64,000 nt of DNA from Octopus vulgaris (Eukaryota). This document shows, piece after piece, positions 1-14,476 of the stretch; the stretch's first letter is position 1, and every line of letters starts with the position of its first letter. Location of the stretch: assembly GCA_951406725.2 (NCBI GenBank), contig OX597821.1, forward strand, positions 94,178,001 to 94,242,000, given 5' to 3'. Both the position numbers and the translations under genes were made by a program. The notes under the pieces are model-generated. The model saw only the letters and a program-made list of their open reading frames with translations, was not told the origin of the DNA and did not search any database.

Positions 1-127
1 TATCAATGTCATTTCAGACGATGCATTCATATCCACAATTATTTTCATGCATTTAATATTACTTTTTATTTGTTCCAATTAAAGAAGTCCAGAAGTTAGA
101 TTAAATATATATACATACATAAGTATC

Positions 128-174
<47 letters not shown>

Positions 175-178
<4 letters not shown>

Positions 179-1246
179 ACGAGGGGGGGACCTCCGTCGA
201 ACGAAAGCTGTTACGGAAACCCTCACACAGGCCCGACCGATCAGCCAATCTTCGCCACGGAAACTCGGAGAGGAGAGAGAGATACAACAATAACTACAAC
301 AACAGCACAGAACAAGACACAGAGGCAACCGAGAGAGACACAAAGAGGCAAGGCAATTGGCTTACATTTGACAACTAGTTTATGACATTCAATTGTTACA
401 ACATCAATTACAGTTCAGATACATTTAAAAGAGGACATGCAAGTAACAACTCAACACATCATACAGGTATACCACAGATCAAAGCATTTAAACATGCAGA
501 TACAATATAACCGTCCGGTAACAACACATCAAGTTCAATAACAACAGCATTTCAAGAGTACACGTCCGGAGACACAGTTCTGTTTCAAAACACATTAAAG
601 TTATAGTTCAAAGGACATTAAAGGCCTATACAGTTCAATATTCGATTCTTTTCACTGTCTCATTTCTTTAGCACTGTTCTTTTCGTTAACATAATGTCTT
701 TATACATTTCTTTTCAACATTTCGATACATCGATTCTTTTTTCCCTCTTTTTCTTCACATATCAATACACAATTCACGTACCTTAATTCCTACTAGAATA
801 GCCAGTGTCCCATATTGCACCTCATCTCTCTCAGTACCGCTAACTCCAACTTGCCAAACTCTTGCCCCGAATCCCAAATCCTCGCTCCTAAGTCCAACCG
901 CTCGCTTTGACGACCAAATACCGACTGTTACAACCTCTAGCTCTGTCACCACCCCCGATCTGACTTAGCACTGCTAATACTCTCTCTATCTGCTCTTGGT
1001 CATATGTGCCTACCTTCATCGACGCTCTCGCTGTCACTCTCTCACGACAGCTCTCAGATTCCTTAATCTGTCTTCCTCACTACTTTCTTCTTCCTCACAT
1101 CTCTATGACCCCTTCTCGACCGGCACAAGGCCAAAGGTCCTTCCAAAAGCCATTACTCTTCCGTAAACAAAGGACTATAATTTTGTACTGTAGACTTCCA
1201 GACTCCACTCTAAGAAAAGTAGGTCATAGAGTGTCCCTGACCATTC

Positions 1247-1252
<6 letters not shown>
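175..1252. mobile_element. Probable solo LTR (TGT...ACA termini) inserted in a (TA)n microsatellite
   Basis: About 1.08 kb of non-repetitive sequence starting TGTTAC and ending ACAACA, flanked directly on both sides by (TA)n. No coding homology recognised. Confidence 0.5.
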
Positions 1253-1305
<53 letters not shown>

Positions 1306-1344
1306 TGAGTGTATGTAAAAACTGACAAACATGTCTAATATATA

Positions 1345-1731
1345 TAAAGCACACAGAATGAAGCCGCTTAGCACGTATTGACCTTGACCTCTGCCGTGCA
1401 TGCGCACTAAGTTTCAACGTTCCAACTCACTTCCACTGTTTACAGCAGTGCTTGGAAGGAACGTGTGTAGCGTGTGATCGTTGGATTGACCATAACAGAG
1501 AAAGTTGTCATGGCGATACTTGCTCAGATGCCTCTGTTATGGTCAGTCCAACGATCACACGCTACACACGTTCCTTCCAAGCACTGCTGTAAACGGTAGA
1601 TGTGAGCTAGAACGTTGAAACTTAGTGTGCATGCACAGCAGAGGTCAAGGTCAATACGTGCTAAGCGGCTTCATTCTGTGTGCTTTAGCTTTGCTACCAT
1701 AGCAACAATCCGAATACTTATTGATCAAACC
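1345..1731. mobile_element. Mariner-derived fold-back MITE (two inverted copies of a mariner 5' end)
   Basis: Arms 1345-1500 and 1532-1687 are near-perfect reverse complements. The right end reads GGTTTGATCAATAAGTATTCGGA on the minus strand (mariner TIR-like) next to TA. The loop resembles the start of a transposase (TEKV...GDTCSDA). Confidence 0.65.
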
Positions 1732-1892
<161 letters not shown>

Positions 1893-2677
1893 TAGAACTG
1901 TACGAATAATTTTGCTGTATGAGCCGAGGCTCGCGCAAATTTTTGTCTTGAAGTACGAGCGGAAATAATCCACAGTATGAGCGAGTTTCATACAAGAGAC
2001 CGCTAGTCGGCGCTGAGCTCGCACACGCTCTTCCAACAAGAACAGTCTCCGCGCGCTCAGTTCACGTGTTTATCTCGCTGTAGCAGCACCTCTCTCGTGT
2101 TTTCCCCAGTATTTTTGTTTAGTTTTGTGCATTTATTTGCTGCATCATAATTAAAGTTAGCGAGGATTTTTTCACATCAAATATTTATGTCAGTTTTACA
2201 GTTACCTGGATTATGATATTAAGTTTATATTAAACGTGAAATAATATAGAGAAACAGTCAACTTCTAATGCACGATATTAACATTATATGCAAGATGCTA
2301 ATCATGTTGCTGGTTTTCAGCTATAATATAATATAAAGTTCCGTTTCGAGAACTGTATCTCTCATCAGGCGGTGTAAAAATGACACAATTGCTTTATAAC
2401 AAGGAATATGAGGCCATCAGTAACGCAGGGTTAAGTATAAAAGGCTAGGAACGGAGGAATATACAAAAAAATCTCGAACATCTTATAACCAGCCGACTGA
2501 AATTATCAGTTTATTAAAAGCTACTTCAAAGTGCCCAGTATGGAATTTGTTCCCTAGGAACTTGCATATTCGGTAACAAGATTCATATGTACACCACAGG
2601 GTACATCATAATTAGGTCCTAGCGAAGTGTTTCTTGTAAATAATTCTATACGAATTATTAATTACTTGGAGAAATTA

Positions 2678-2759
<82 letters not shown>

Positions 2760-2821
2760 CACATACATACACACACACACATACACACACACACACACAC
2801 AAACACACACATATATATATA

Positions 2822-3061
2822 CAGAGTAATCCTTCACCATATCGCGGTTCACCTTTCGCACACTCAGTACATCGCGGTTCACCTATCGCGCACTCAGTAC
2901 ATCGCGGATTTTTCTGGCTAACATATGTAAATTTGTATCGCGGACTCCTCGGTATATAGCGGGCTTCTGCCGCCGATAGGTATTTAGATTTTTTTTTAGA
3001 TTTTAATTATTTTTGTGGGAGGTTTTTGAACGTAACAACCGCGATGATCGATGGATTACTG
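2822..3061. mobile_element. pogo/Tigger-like MITE
   Basis: Imperfect TIRs CAG(AG)TAATCC...ATCGCGG / CCGCGAT...GGATTACTG with TA on both flanks, and an internal 30-bp tandem duplication. Confidence 0.65.
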
Positions 3062-3317
3062 TATACGTAATACATACCCAGATATATCACAAAAGCAGAA
3101 GCACATACATGTTTATAAGGCACATAATTTAAATACATGCATACGTATGTGCCTATCAACATACTTGCATAAATACACAGACACATATGTCTTCCATCAC
3201 AGCACTTTGGGAGTTGGTTTGGGTTAAACAACACAAACATAAACAAACTAGTAAACTAATTTCTAAGAATTTCATTGGAAAACGAGCTCCTCCCACGCAA
3301 ACTAATAATAATAACAA

Positions 3318-3875
3318 TCTTTTCTACTCTAGGCACAAGGCCCGAAAATTTGGGGGAGGGGACTAGTCTATTAGATCGACCCCAGTATGAAACTGTTACT
3401 TAATTTATCGACGCCGAAAGGATGAAAGGCAGTCGGCCTCGGCGGAATTCGAACTCAGATCGTAAAGACAGATGAAATACCTATTTCTTTACAGAGAGGA
3501 CAAACAAGGACAGTCAAACGGATTAAGTCGATTATATCGACCCCAGTGCGTAACTGGTACTTATTTAATCGACCCTGAAAGGATGAAAGGCAAAGTCGAC
3601 CTCGGCGGAATTTGAACTCAGAACATAAAGACAGACGAAATACCTATTCCTTTACTACCCACAAAGGGCTAAACACAGAGAGGACAAACAAGGACAGGCA
3701 AACGGATTAAGTCGATTATGTCGACCCTAGTGCGTAACTGGTACTTATTTAATCGACCCCCAAAGGATGAAAGGCAAAGTCGACTTCGGCGGTATTTGAA
3801 CTCAGAACGTAGCAGCAGACGAAATACCGCTAAGCATTTCGCCCGGCGTGCTAACATTTCTGCCAGCTCGCTGCG
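3318..3875 (-). mobile_element. tRNA-derived SINE with Nin/Deu-like core, tandem multimer of about 3 units
   Basis: Minus strand has head GAGCTGGCAGAAATGTTAGC, a B box GAGTTCAAAT and a core CCTTTCATCCTTTCGGGGTCGATTAAATAAGTACCAG repeated three times. Homologous copies occur elsewhere in the window. Confidence 0.8.
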
Positions 3876-4084
3876 CCATTAGAAAATAGAATATATTAAA
3901 TGAAAAAAAGAGTTTGTGTTGCCCGGATGGTGGTGCTGGTAGGGTGTGATGGTTAGTTTTGGACTGGGTGGTAAATAGTTGGTGATGACAGACACTGGTG
4001 TTACGTTGGAAATGCATATTGTTTTTGTTTTTTGTTTGTAAGAAACGCTTATCAATCAAGATGCCGGGCGGAGGATGTTCAAGT

Positions 4085-5141
4085 ACACATACGGAGATGT
4101 TGGTGGAGGTAGTAATGGTGGTGGTGGTGGTGGTGGCAGTGGTAGCTGCGATGGTGATGGTGGTGGTTGTAGTGGTACTGTTTGAGGTGGTGGTGGTGGC
4201 GACGGTGGTTGTGGTACTTTTTAAAGGGGTGGTGGTTGTGGTAGTTGTGGCGGTGGCATCCGAGATTGTGATGGTGGTGGTGGTGGTGAGAGTGGTGGCC
4301 GTGGCGGCGGTGGCTGTGGGGGTGGCGGTGGGGGTGTCTATGGGGGTGGCGGTGGCGGTGGGGGTGGCAGTGGCGGTGGCTGTGGGGGTGGATGCGGGCG
4401 GTTGTAGAGGTGACGGCGGCGGTTGTGGTGGTGGCAGTGGGGGTGGTTGTAGTGGTAGTAGTGGCCTTGACGATGGTGGTGGTGGCGGTTGTGGAGGTAG
4501 TAGTGATGGTAAAGTTTAAGATAGTAGTGGTTTTGGTGGCAGCTGTTGTAGCAATGGTGGTAGTAGCGGTGGTGGTTGTAGAGGTGGTAGTGGTAATGCT
4601 GTTTGACAGGTTGGTTGTAGGAGTAGCAAGGATCGTGGTGGTTGTGGCTGTGGTAGAGGTGGTGATGGTGGTGCGGTGGTGGTGGTGGTGGTGGTGGTAG
4701 CGGTGGTTGTGGTAGTAGTGGTGGAACGGTTTGCCGTGGTGGTGATGGTAGCCGTGGTGGTGATGGTAGCGGTGGTGGTTGGGTGGTGGTGGTAGTAGTG
4801 GTGGTGGCGGTGGTCGTGGTCGTGGTGGTTCACTGTGATGGTGTTGGTCGTGATGAAGGCGATGATGGTGATGGTGGTGGTAGATGCACCAGCGGTGGTG
4901 GTGATGTTGGTGGTAGTTGTGATGGTGGTGTGACAGCGATGGCATGGCGGGGGTTTTGGTGGTAGTAACACCGGTATTCTAGTAGGCGTTGACAGTATTG
5001 GTAGTAAAGAGAGTAGTAGATCTAGTGTAGATGCTGTTTCTCGTGGTGGTAGTGGCGGTTGTAGTGGTGGTGAAGTCAAATTATAGCATAGCATGATATA
5101 AGGGGCGGTAGGGGAGAATGTGCTCGCGGTGGTGGTGATGA

Positions 5142-5175
<34 letters not shown>

Positions 5176-5189
5176 GGTGGTGGTGGTGG

Positions 5190-5224
<35 letters not shown>

Positions 5225-5237
5225 GTGATGATGATGT

Positions 5238-5301
<64 letters not shown>

Positions 5302-5600
5302 GATGGTGCCGAAGTGGAAAGGGAGGGAGAGGAGAAGGAGGGGTTGGAGAGGGTGTGAAATGTAGTGAGTTGGATGAATAAGAGAGAAGTGGAAACTGGA
5401 AAGATGAATGGTTGTGGTGGTGGTGAAGGTGGTAGAGTAACTATCATAGTATGATATTCGGGGTGGTACGTGATGGTCTTGTTTGATGGAGTTTGGTGGT
5501 GGTAGTGGTGATGACGATGATGATGATGATGACGATGGTGATGATGATGGTGGTGGAGGTGGTGGTGGATGGAGTTTGGTGGTGGTAGTGGTGATGACGA

Positions 5601-5634
<34 letters not shown>

Positions 5635-6050
5635 GGTGGTGGTGGTGGTGGTGGTGATGGTGGTGGATGGTGATGGAGTGAGAAAGAGGAACTGTGAACA
5701 AGGTAGTGACGAGGGTGATGGTAGTGGTGATGGTTGTGATGGTGGTGGTGATGGTGGTGGTAGTGGTGATGGTTGTGGTGGTGCTGGTGCTGGTGATGGT
5801 GGTGGTAGTGGTGATGGTTGTGGTGGTGCTGGTGCTGGTGATGGTGGTGGTAGTGGTGATGGTTGTGGTGGTGGTGGTGGTGGTGGTGATGGTGGTGGTA
5901 GGGGATGGGGATGGTGTGGTGGTGGTGGTGGTGGTGGTGCTGGTGATGGTGGTGGTAGTGGTGATGGTGGTGGTAGTGGTGATGGTGGTGGTGGTAGTGG
6001 TGGCAGCGGCGGCGGCGGTGGTGGTGGTGGTGAGGATGGTGGCGTGGAGA
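4085..6050. repeat. Degenerate (GGT)n/(GAT)n trinucleotide low-complexity field
   Basis: Directly visible. It produces the spurious poly-V/H/T/G ORFs. Confidence 0.9.
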
Positions 6051-7287
6051 ATATAGGAAGCAGATGTTAGGCAACTGGAAAACACATCACTGGAGTCTTC
6101 AGATTCCAGTTCGGAAGTTGTGCAAGACTACATATGCAAATACTCTCTCTCTCTCACACACACACACATGGACATACAAACATATACAGAAACACGTACA
6201 GATACGCACGCATACACATACATGTTCGACGCACGCACAAACACAACGCACGTATATTGGGGTGTGTACATCAGTATAGACTAACATACACACAGACATA
6301 AGACATTCATCAGAAATGAATGAGTTTTCTCATTGAGATAATTTTCAAGAAAACAGACGATAACCCTCCCGCCACACTTCTTAACAATCTTTCATTCCCT
6401 GTTTTCTGTCTTCTTTCCATGTCACGCCGTCTTTAACTTACAACTCTTTCTCTTCCTTGTTTCGTCTTTCACCTACAAACTCTCTCCCGCCCTCTTTCTC
6501 TCTCACTCTCACTCTCTCTCTCTTTCTCTCTCTCTCTATCCCTCTCTTTCTCTCTATTTATATCTTTGCTTCTCATTTGCATTTCTGCCCTTTTTCTCTC
6601 ATTGTCTTCCTATTTCTACCTTATTATTCAACCTCATTATCCAACTCTCTGCCTTCCTGCCTGCCTGCTTATCTGTCTGTCTGTCTGTATGTCTGTCTGT
6701 CTATCTGTCTGTCTGTCTGTCTGTCTGTCTGTCCTGTCCGTCCGTCTGTTTCTGTCCTTCTCTCTCTGTATCTCTCTCACTTTTCCTTCTCTATAGCTAG
6801 TTCTCTGCCTTCATTCTTACGCTTCCGTCATCACTTTACATCTCATTTTCTCTCTCCAGTTCTCTTCTTTCTAAGTAATGTTTATATTCTTTCAATTCAC
6901 TCTCAGAATCTTTTCTTTCATACTCCTTGTCACTCCTTCTGTATTTCTTGTTTTATTCAATCTCTCTTTCCCCTTTTTACCGCCCTTCTAACACTCTTTT
7001 CCCTATATCTGTTGCCCTATCTATCACTCTGTTTTAGTAAGATCACAAATTTTCAAGAACGAGGGACTATTACGGTGTGCCACACCTCTCAGGAATGGTT
7101 GTGTGTTTAAGATCCCATTGTACGCACCTTGGCTAAGCACTTTTTAATATAACCTCGAGTCGACCAAAACCTTCTGAGTGAAATTTCGTAGATAGAAACT
7201 GTTGTGACTTCATCAGTGTCCGCATTGTTGCAAGCATTGGAAACAGGCCTTCGATCTCATGACAACTTTCTTCTTTCTTCCTACCAC

Positions 7288-7664
7288 ATGGAAGCACTCC
7301 GTCGGTTACGACGACGAGGGTTCCGGTTGATCCGAATCAACGGAACAGCCTGCTCGTGAAATTAACGTGTAAGTGGCTGAGCACTCCACAGACACGTGTA
7401 CCCTTAACGTAGTTCTCGGGGATATTCAGCGTGACACAGAGAGTGAGAAGGCCGGCCCTTTGAAATACAGGTACAACAGAAACAGGAAGTAAGAGTGAGA
7501 GAAAGTTGTGGTGAAACAGTACAGCAGGGATCACCACCATCCCCTGCCGGAGCCTCGTGGAACTTTTAGGTGTTTTCGCTCAATAAACACTCACAACGCC
7601 CGGTCTGGGAATCGAAACCGCGATCCTATGACCGCGAGTCCGCTGCCCTAACCACTGGGCCATT
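7288..7664 (-). mobile_element. tRNA(Arg)-like SINE (octopus OR-type)
   Basis: Reverse complement of the copy at 31851-32235, with A box TGGCCCAGTGG and a TCG anticodon-like loop. Confidence 0.8.
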
Positions 7665-9231
7665 ATAGAAGGTTTGAAAAGAGATGGTAGCCGTCGTTTG
7701 CTCCCTCTGCTTAAGTCATCAAATAAACAGAGACGTTTATCAATTAAAATAACTCCAAGTAGCGAAATTCGAAACCGTATAGACAATCTAATTGATTTCT
7801 CGTATAGCTAGAAGACCACACATTTAATAGGGAATTGACGGGAATGAGTTTCTGCCTCTCTTTTTTATTAGGTGGGAAAGCCTTATAATGTCCGTTAGAG
7901 AAAATGGGATATTTGGCTGACACACGTTTCTCATAGCCATTAGCTGTATAAATATAGGGACAATGGCTTTAATCGCGAACTGAAAGTATGTTATCGCCTT
8001 TGCTCACCATCAGCTCAAGTGAGAGTCATCATAGAACAGTAATACTTCCATATCTAGAACAGTGCTGCTGATGTACACCTGAATTTCCAAGTCTGCATCC
8101 AAAACACATCAAACTGATGAAGTAGCTCGCCAACACACGCATATACTCTTGCACACACACGCGCGCGCGCGCGCACACACACACACACAAACACAAGATT
8201 TGGTCCACAGGGTTTCTGCATCTCGTCGCTTAGTCTTTCTTATCACCTCTGCTCTTCATGCCGCTTTCCATTACCAGTCACTCATTTCTCTCTTTCCCAT
8301 CCCCTATATAATACTCCCTTATATTCCCCCTTAAAGACCCACATTAACTACTTTATACAATTCTTACGCCTCAAAACATCAGACCTTTAGAATTTCCTCT
8401 TCGTCGATATCTTCTTGAGGCCGAAGTCACCTTGCAAAATGTTCAACAGAAGCATTTACCACATCGATCTCACCTATCTTGTGAAGGCTCTGGCCACATT
8501 CCTGCTAGACCAAGCGGTTACCTCATCTTGTCCTAGCCCCTGTGATCTTGTCATCCTTTGGGCGATCAATGGTGATTTCTCCTATTGTGATATCCTCCTC
8601 TGTTATCTGCTGTTGATCCACTAAATACTTCTCTTGAAAGAAGACAAAAAATGTCGACCGAGTGCGGCCGGGTCAGAACTAATTGAAAATATTCAATCCA
8701 TCTGACTGATTGTTTCTCTCCCGTTTCAAATATCTAGACTACCTTTACTCTTAATCGGTGTACATGAACCGCTACTTTCTCTTGTAAACCCTTTCACAAT
8801 TCTGTCCAGGCTTCTAGAGTAATTTCTCAACGCCACATCTCCTTATTTCTTTTCTTGTCAGGTTATTTCCTCTCATCCCGCTTTCAGCTCCCTTTTAAGC
8901 ATATATTGTCTATACTAAGTGTCTGTATGTTTTTTACACGTGTGTATATCCTTCGCTTGACCTGTTTCGGTTTATACTTCATTTTTCCTGTCGATCGGAT
9001 TCCTCGTGGCTTAAGAAATTCATCGTTTCCAGATGTTTCATCTCCTGCATCCAAGTATCTTATCGACACGCAACATGATGGCCTGTTTGAAACGAGTCCT
9101 CTGTCTAACACCATCTGATTCTCGCTGAAAAATTATTTCTTTCAATGTCTCAAAGAATCTGGCCGAAGTTTCCGAAACACCTATTAAAACTTTATCGTAT
9201 CCTGATAACATCCTTACATTTTTAATTCACC

Positions 9232-10140
9232 CATTTGCAGATCTCAGTTCACTCACTTCCAGATCGCAATTCACTTATTTCCAGACCTCAATTCACCTAT
9301 TTTCAGATCTCAATTCAGTCACTTCCAGAACACTCCACTCATTTCCAGACCTCAATCCACTTATTTCCAGACCTCAATTCACTCATTTCCAGACCTCAAT
9401 TCACTTATTTCCAGACCTCAATTCACTTATTTCCAGACCTCAATTCACTTATTTCCAGACCTCAATTCACTCATTTCCAGACCTCAATTCACTTATTTCC
9501 AGACCTCAATTCACTCATTTCCAGACCTCAATTCACTTATTTCCAGACCTGAATTCACTTATTTCCAGACCTCAATTCACTCATTTCCAGACCTCAATTC
9601 ACTTATTTCCAGATCTCAATTCACTCATTTCCAGACCTCAGTTCACTTATTTCCAGATCACAATTCACTCATTTCCAGACCTCAGTTCACTTATTTCCAG
9701 ATCACAAGTCACTCATTTCCAGACCTCAGTTCACTTATTTCCAGATCACAATTCACTCATTTCCAGACCTCAGTTCACTTATTTCCAGACCTCAATTCAC
9801 TCATTTCCAGACCTCAATTCACTTATTTCCAGACCTCAATTCACTCATTTCCAGACCTCAATTCACTTATTTCCAGATCACAATTCACTCATTTCCAGAC
9901 CTCAGTTCACTTATTTCCAGATCACAATTCACTCATTTCCAGACCTCAATTCACTTATTTTCAGATCTCAATTCACTCACTTCCAGATCATAATTCACTC
10001 ATTTCCAAACCTCAATTAATTTATTTCTAGGTCCCAATTCACTCATTATTAGATCACAATTCACTCATTTCCAGATCTCAATTCACCCATTTCCAGATTT
10101 CTGTCTACTCATTTCCAGGTCTGAAATCACTTATTTCCAA
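9232..10140. repeat. 22-bp minisatellite, roughly 40 copies
   Basis: Unit TTCCAGACCTCAATTCACT(C/T)AT in tandem with no spacers, degenerate at both ends. Confidence 0.92.
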
Positions 10141-10498
10141 ATCTAATTTTCCGGGAGTCAGTCTTATTTCAAAATGTCAAATCCATCATTTCCAGATGTT
10201 ATAAGTTTATAATTTCCAGATCTCAACCTCTTTTTTAAAAATCGAGATGTCAAGTCATTCATTTTCACATTTGACTCCTAATCCGCCAGCTAGACGCTCT
10301 TCTTGCAATCAACTGTCTTACGATGAAATTGAGAGTAGCATGCCTGTTTATAGCATTGCAGAGTAAGGAAAGCAGTTGATTAATACGACTTCGAAGGAAG
10401 TCGAACACAACACAACGTCTACAGTAAGATTCCAGTCTTTGCAGTCGATTATAAAGTTTGTTCCCCTTTTTCTCCGTTTAATAACATCACCACCACAT

Positions 10499-10549
<51 letters not shown>

Positions 10550-11040
10550 TTACTACTACCACTACTGCTACTGCTGCTGCTGCTACTACTATAATAGCAA
10601 ACCTACCGCCACACCCACAACAAAATTTAAAAAGCATTAGCTATCGCAACTATGATGATGATGGTGGTGGTGATGATGATGATAATGATGATGATGTTGA
10701 TGGTGATGGTGATGGTGGTGGCACTGGTGGTGGTGGTGGTGGTGAATGCTAAAATACAAAAGCTAAGGATGTCAAGGTCATTAACGGAGCAAAAACACAC
10801 CCACCTCCCTTCTTCCAAAACACAGGAAGCGAAAGGAAGATATGCTTATAACAAAAACAATACCCTCGCCTTCACCACATTCACCACACACTTCCATCAA
10901 AATAAACAATCAAACAACAACAACAACAACAACTGTAACAACAGCCGCAACAACAACAGTAATAACAACAACAACAATGACGAAAGCAAAAACATGTGAG
11001 GCCAACATCGCCGGCGTTAGTTTTAATAAATTTACCAGAC

Positions 11041-11230
11041 AGGGCGGTGATTTGGCAGAATCGTTAAAGTATCGGAATAATGCCTTGCTTATATTTCTTT
11101 CGGCTCTTCATGGTTTGGGTTCAAACCCTACTTAAGTCAACTTTGATTTTTATCTCCCCAAAGGTCGACAAATAAATAAATGAATAAAAAATGCCTGTGA
11201 GGTATTGATGTCGATGGCGTCATCAAAGCT
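11041..11230 (+). mobile_element. Degenerate Nin/Deu-like SINE
   Basis: Head GGCGGTGATTTGGCAGAATCGTTA and B box GGTTCAAAC, diverged from the 27927 copy. Confidence 0.55.
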
Positions 11231-11337
11231 CCTTTTCTCGAAACTGCTTGACTTGTACATATATTAATAGTATATTTACTAAATCTTTGTCGTGCATACG
11301 ATTCACGATCAAATCCAACGATTGCTTGTTTTGAAAC

Positions 11338-12315
<978 letters not shown>

Positions 12316-12449
12316 TATATATATATATGAAAGACTGTATAATGTTTCCATAACTGTTATGTAATTATTACAGCAATTTGATGAAACGCGTGTATGTTCT
12401 TTAAAGCAGTGAATATCATAACTGTTTACCGTGCGCTATCATTTACTGC

Positions 12450-12922
<473 letters not shown>

Positions 12923-12933
12923 GGACATATCTG

Positions 12934-13034
<101 letters not shown>

Positions 13035-13044
13035 ATATGTATTA

Positions 13045-13315
13045 GCTCGGCCGTCGCTGTCGACGATGACCAAAGGACATCACATGAAAAAAAAAAAAAA
13101 AAGACGGAGCACGGTGAGTCCTGTCCAATGTATGTTCGGAAGGCTCTGCCGCAGGTCGGACACTGGTGGCCTGTTGGGACTGAAAGCAAGGAGCTGGTTT
13201 TGGACTCGCGTAGTTCGCGTTTTCTTTGAACCCCTACAATCCTGTTCTGTTCGTAGGAGGTCGCACCTTTGTTGGTGCAGCTTCGCCAGGCAGGGTGGCC
13301 TTGCGCTTCCCAGCT
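13045..13315 (-). pseudogene. RTE-clade LINE 3' end fragment
   Basis: Translation WEAQGHPAWRSCTNKGATSYEQNR...RKRELR...CPTCGRAFRTYIG matches the RTE/BovB-type C-terminus. Confidence 0.7.
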
Positions 13316-13852
13316 ATATATGAACGCATATACAAACATATACACACATGTGCAGACATACATCCCATAGGTGTACATATGTATAACTTGGTGTATGCAT
13401 TGAAAAGGTCGAGGAAGCATTTGTAACTGCTATGGCATGTCTGATGGTGGAGAAAATGGTAGAGAGAGGGGTCGCAGAAAACTAGAAGAACGAATAATAC
13501 TTGCGAACGAGGAAATGCCTGGAGTATAATTGAAACGTTTTCCCTATGCTTGCGATTGGGATCGATCGGGTCAGTGATGTAAGATGACTTCATCAAGAGG
13601 GAAGTGGCTCAAGTTGTTGCCTGGCGAATTCAAACGCCATTCTTCGAGGACCGGAGGCCATCATGTTAGCATTAGAATAGGTTGCGGGAGGAGACGCAGT
13701 GTTTGTGATTTAATGCCAAGCAATCGAGTGCCACTTGTTTGGATGCAGCCCTTGATAAACAATAAATAGGCTGAAGTGTTTGATAGATAGATTGGTTGGT
13801 AGAGAGATAGGAAGATAGAGTTGGCCAGGTTCGAAAGCTGGAAAGTAAGCAA

Positions 13853-13922
<70 letters not shown>

Positions 13923-13926
13923 CACA

Positions 13927-14011
<85 letters not shown>

Positions 14012-14314
14012 CACACCGGGAGTGTTGTGTAAATGTGGGACGGGGGACTATGAATCGGCAAAACTATTCTTGAAACGTAATGTACGAAACCAGACGAAGT
14101 GCTTGAAATTTCAATGACTTTTGTCGCCCCCGGTGCGTCCTGAAACCTAAGGATACGTAAATGGCTTTAGAAAAGACGCGCGCACTCACGCACGCACATA
14201 CACACTCACATACAAATATATATCTATACATATAAACACATATATGTATGAGTATGAATATATATAAGTACATGTGTGTGTGTGTGCGTGCGTACATGTA
14301 TGCATTTAAGTATT

Positions 14315-14460
14315 TGCGTGGCTGCATGATAAGAAGTTTGTTTCCCAATAATATGGCTCCTAGGTAAGTGTTTTCTACAATAGTCCTGGGCCTTTTGAAT
14401 AGATTTGGTAGACGGAAACTGATAGAAGCCCCGTCGTGCGTGTATATACATACAGACATA
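14315..14460 (+). mobile_element. Head of a bipartite SINE (tail at 15515-15730), split by a mariner insertion
   Basis: GATTTGGTAGACGGAAACTGATAGAAGCCCCGTCG head end. The matching tail resumes after the mariner. Confidence 0.65.
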
Positions 14461-14476
14461 CACACATAAATATATA

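Noticed and set aside
3998-6085. Long His/Thr/Val/Gly-rich ORFs of up to 332 aa
   Set aside because: Open in several frames on both strands because the trinucleotide repeat lacks stops. No domain or splice evidence.
7337-7540. Recurrent ORF MVVIPAVLFHHNFL... (also at 28410 and 31984)
   Set aside because: Incidental frame inside the OR-type SINE body.
7680-9200. Possible degenerate LINE or Polinton coding remnant on the minus strand
   Set aside because: Only vague motif resemblance. It cannot be assigned without BLASTX.
9232-10140. CRISPR-like array
   Set aside because: Units are contiguous with no unique spacers, there are no cas genes and the context is eukaryotic.
12330-12445. GAAACGCGT hammerhead-like half motif (similar partial motifs at about 18650 and 49391)
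   Set aside because: No convincing CUGANGA core together with paired stems.
13420-13790. Possible L2/CR1-like C-terminal remnant on the minus strand
   Set aside because: Motifs are too degraded to support a call.
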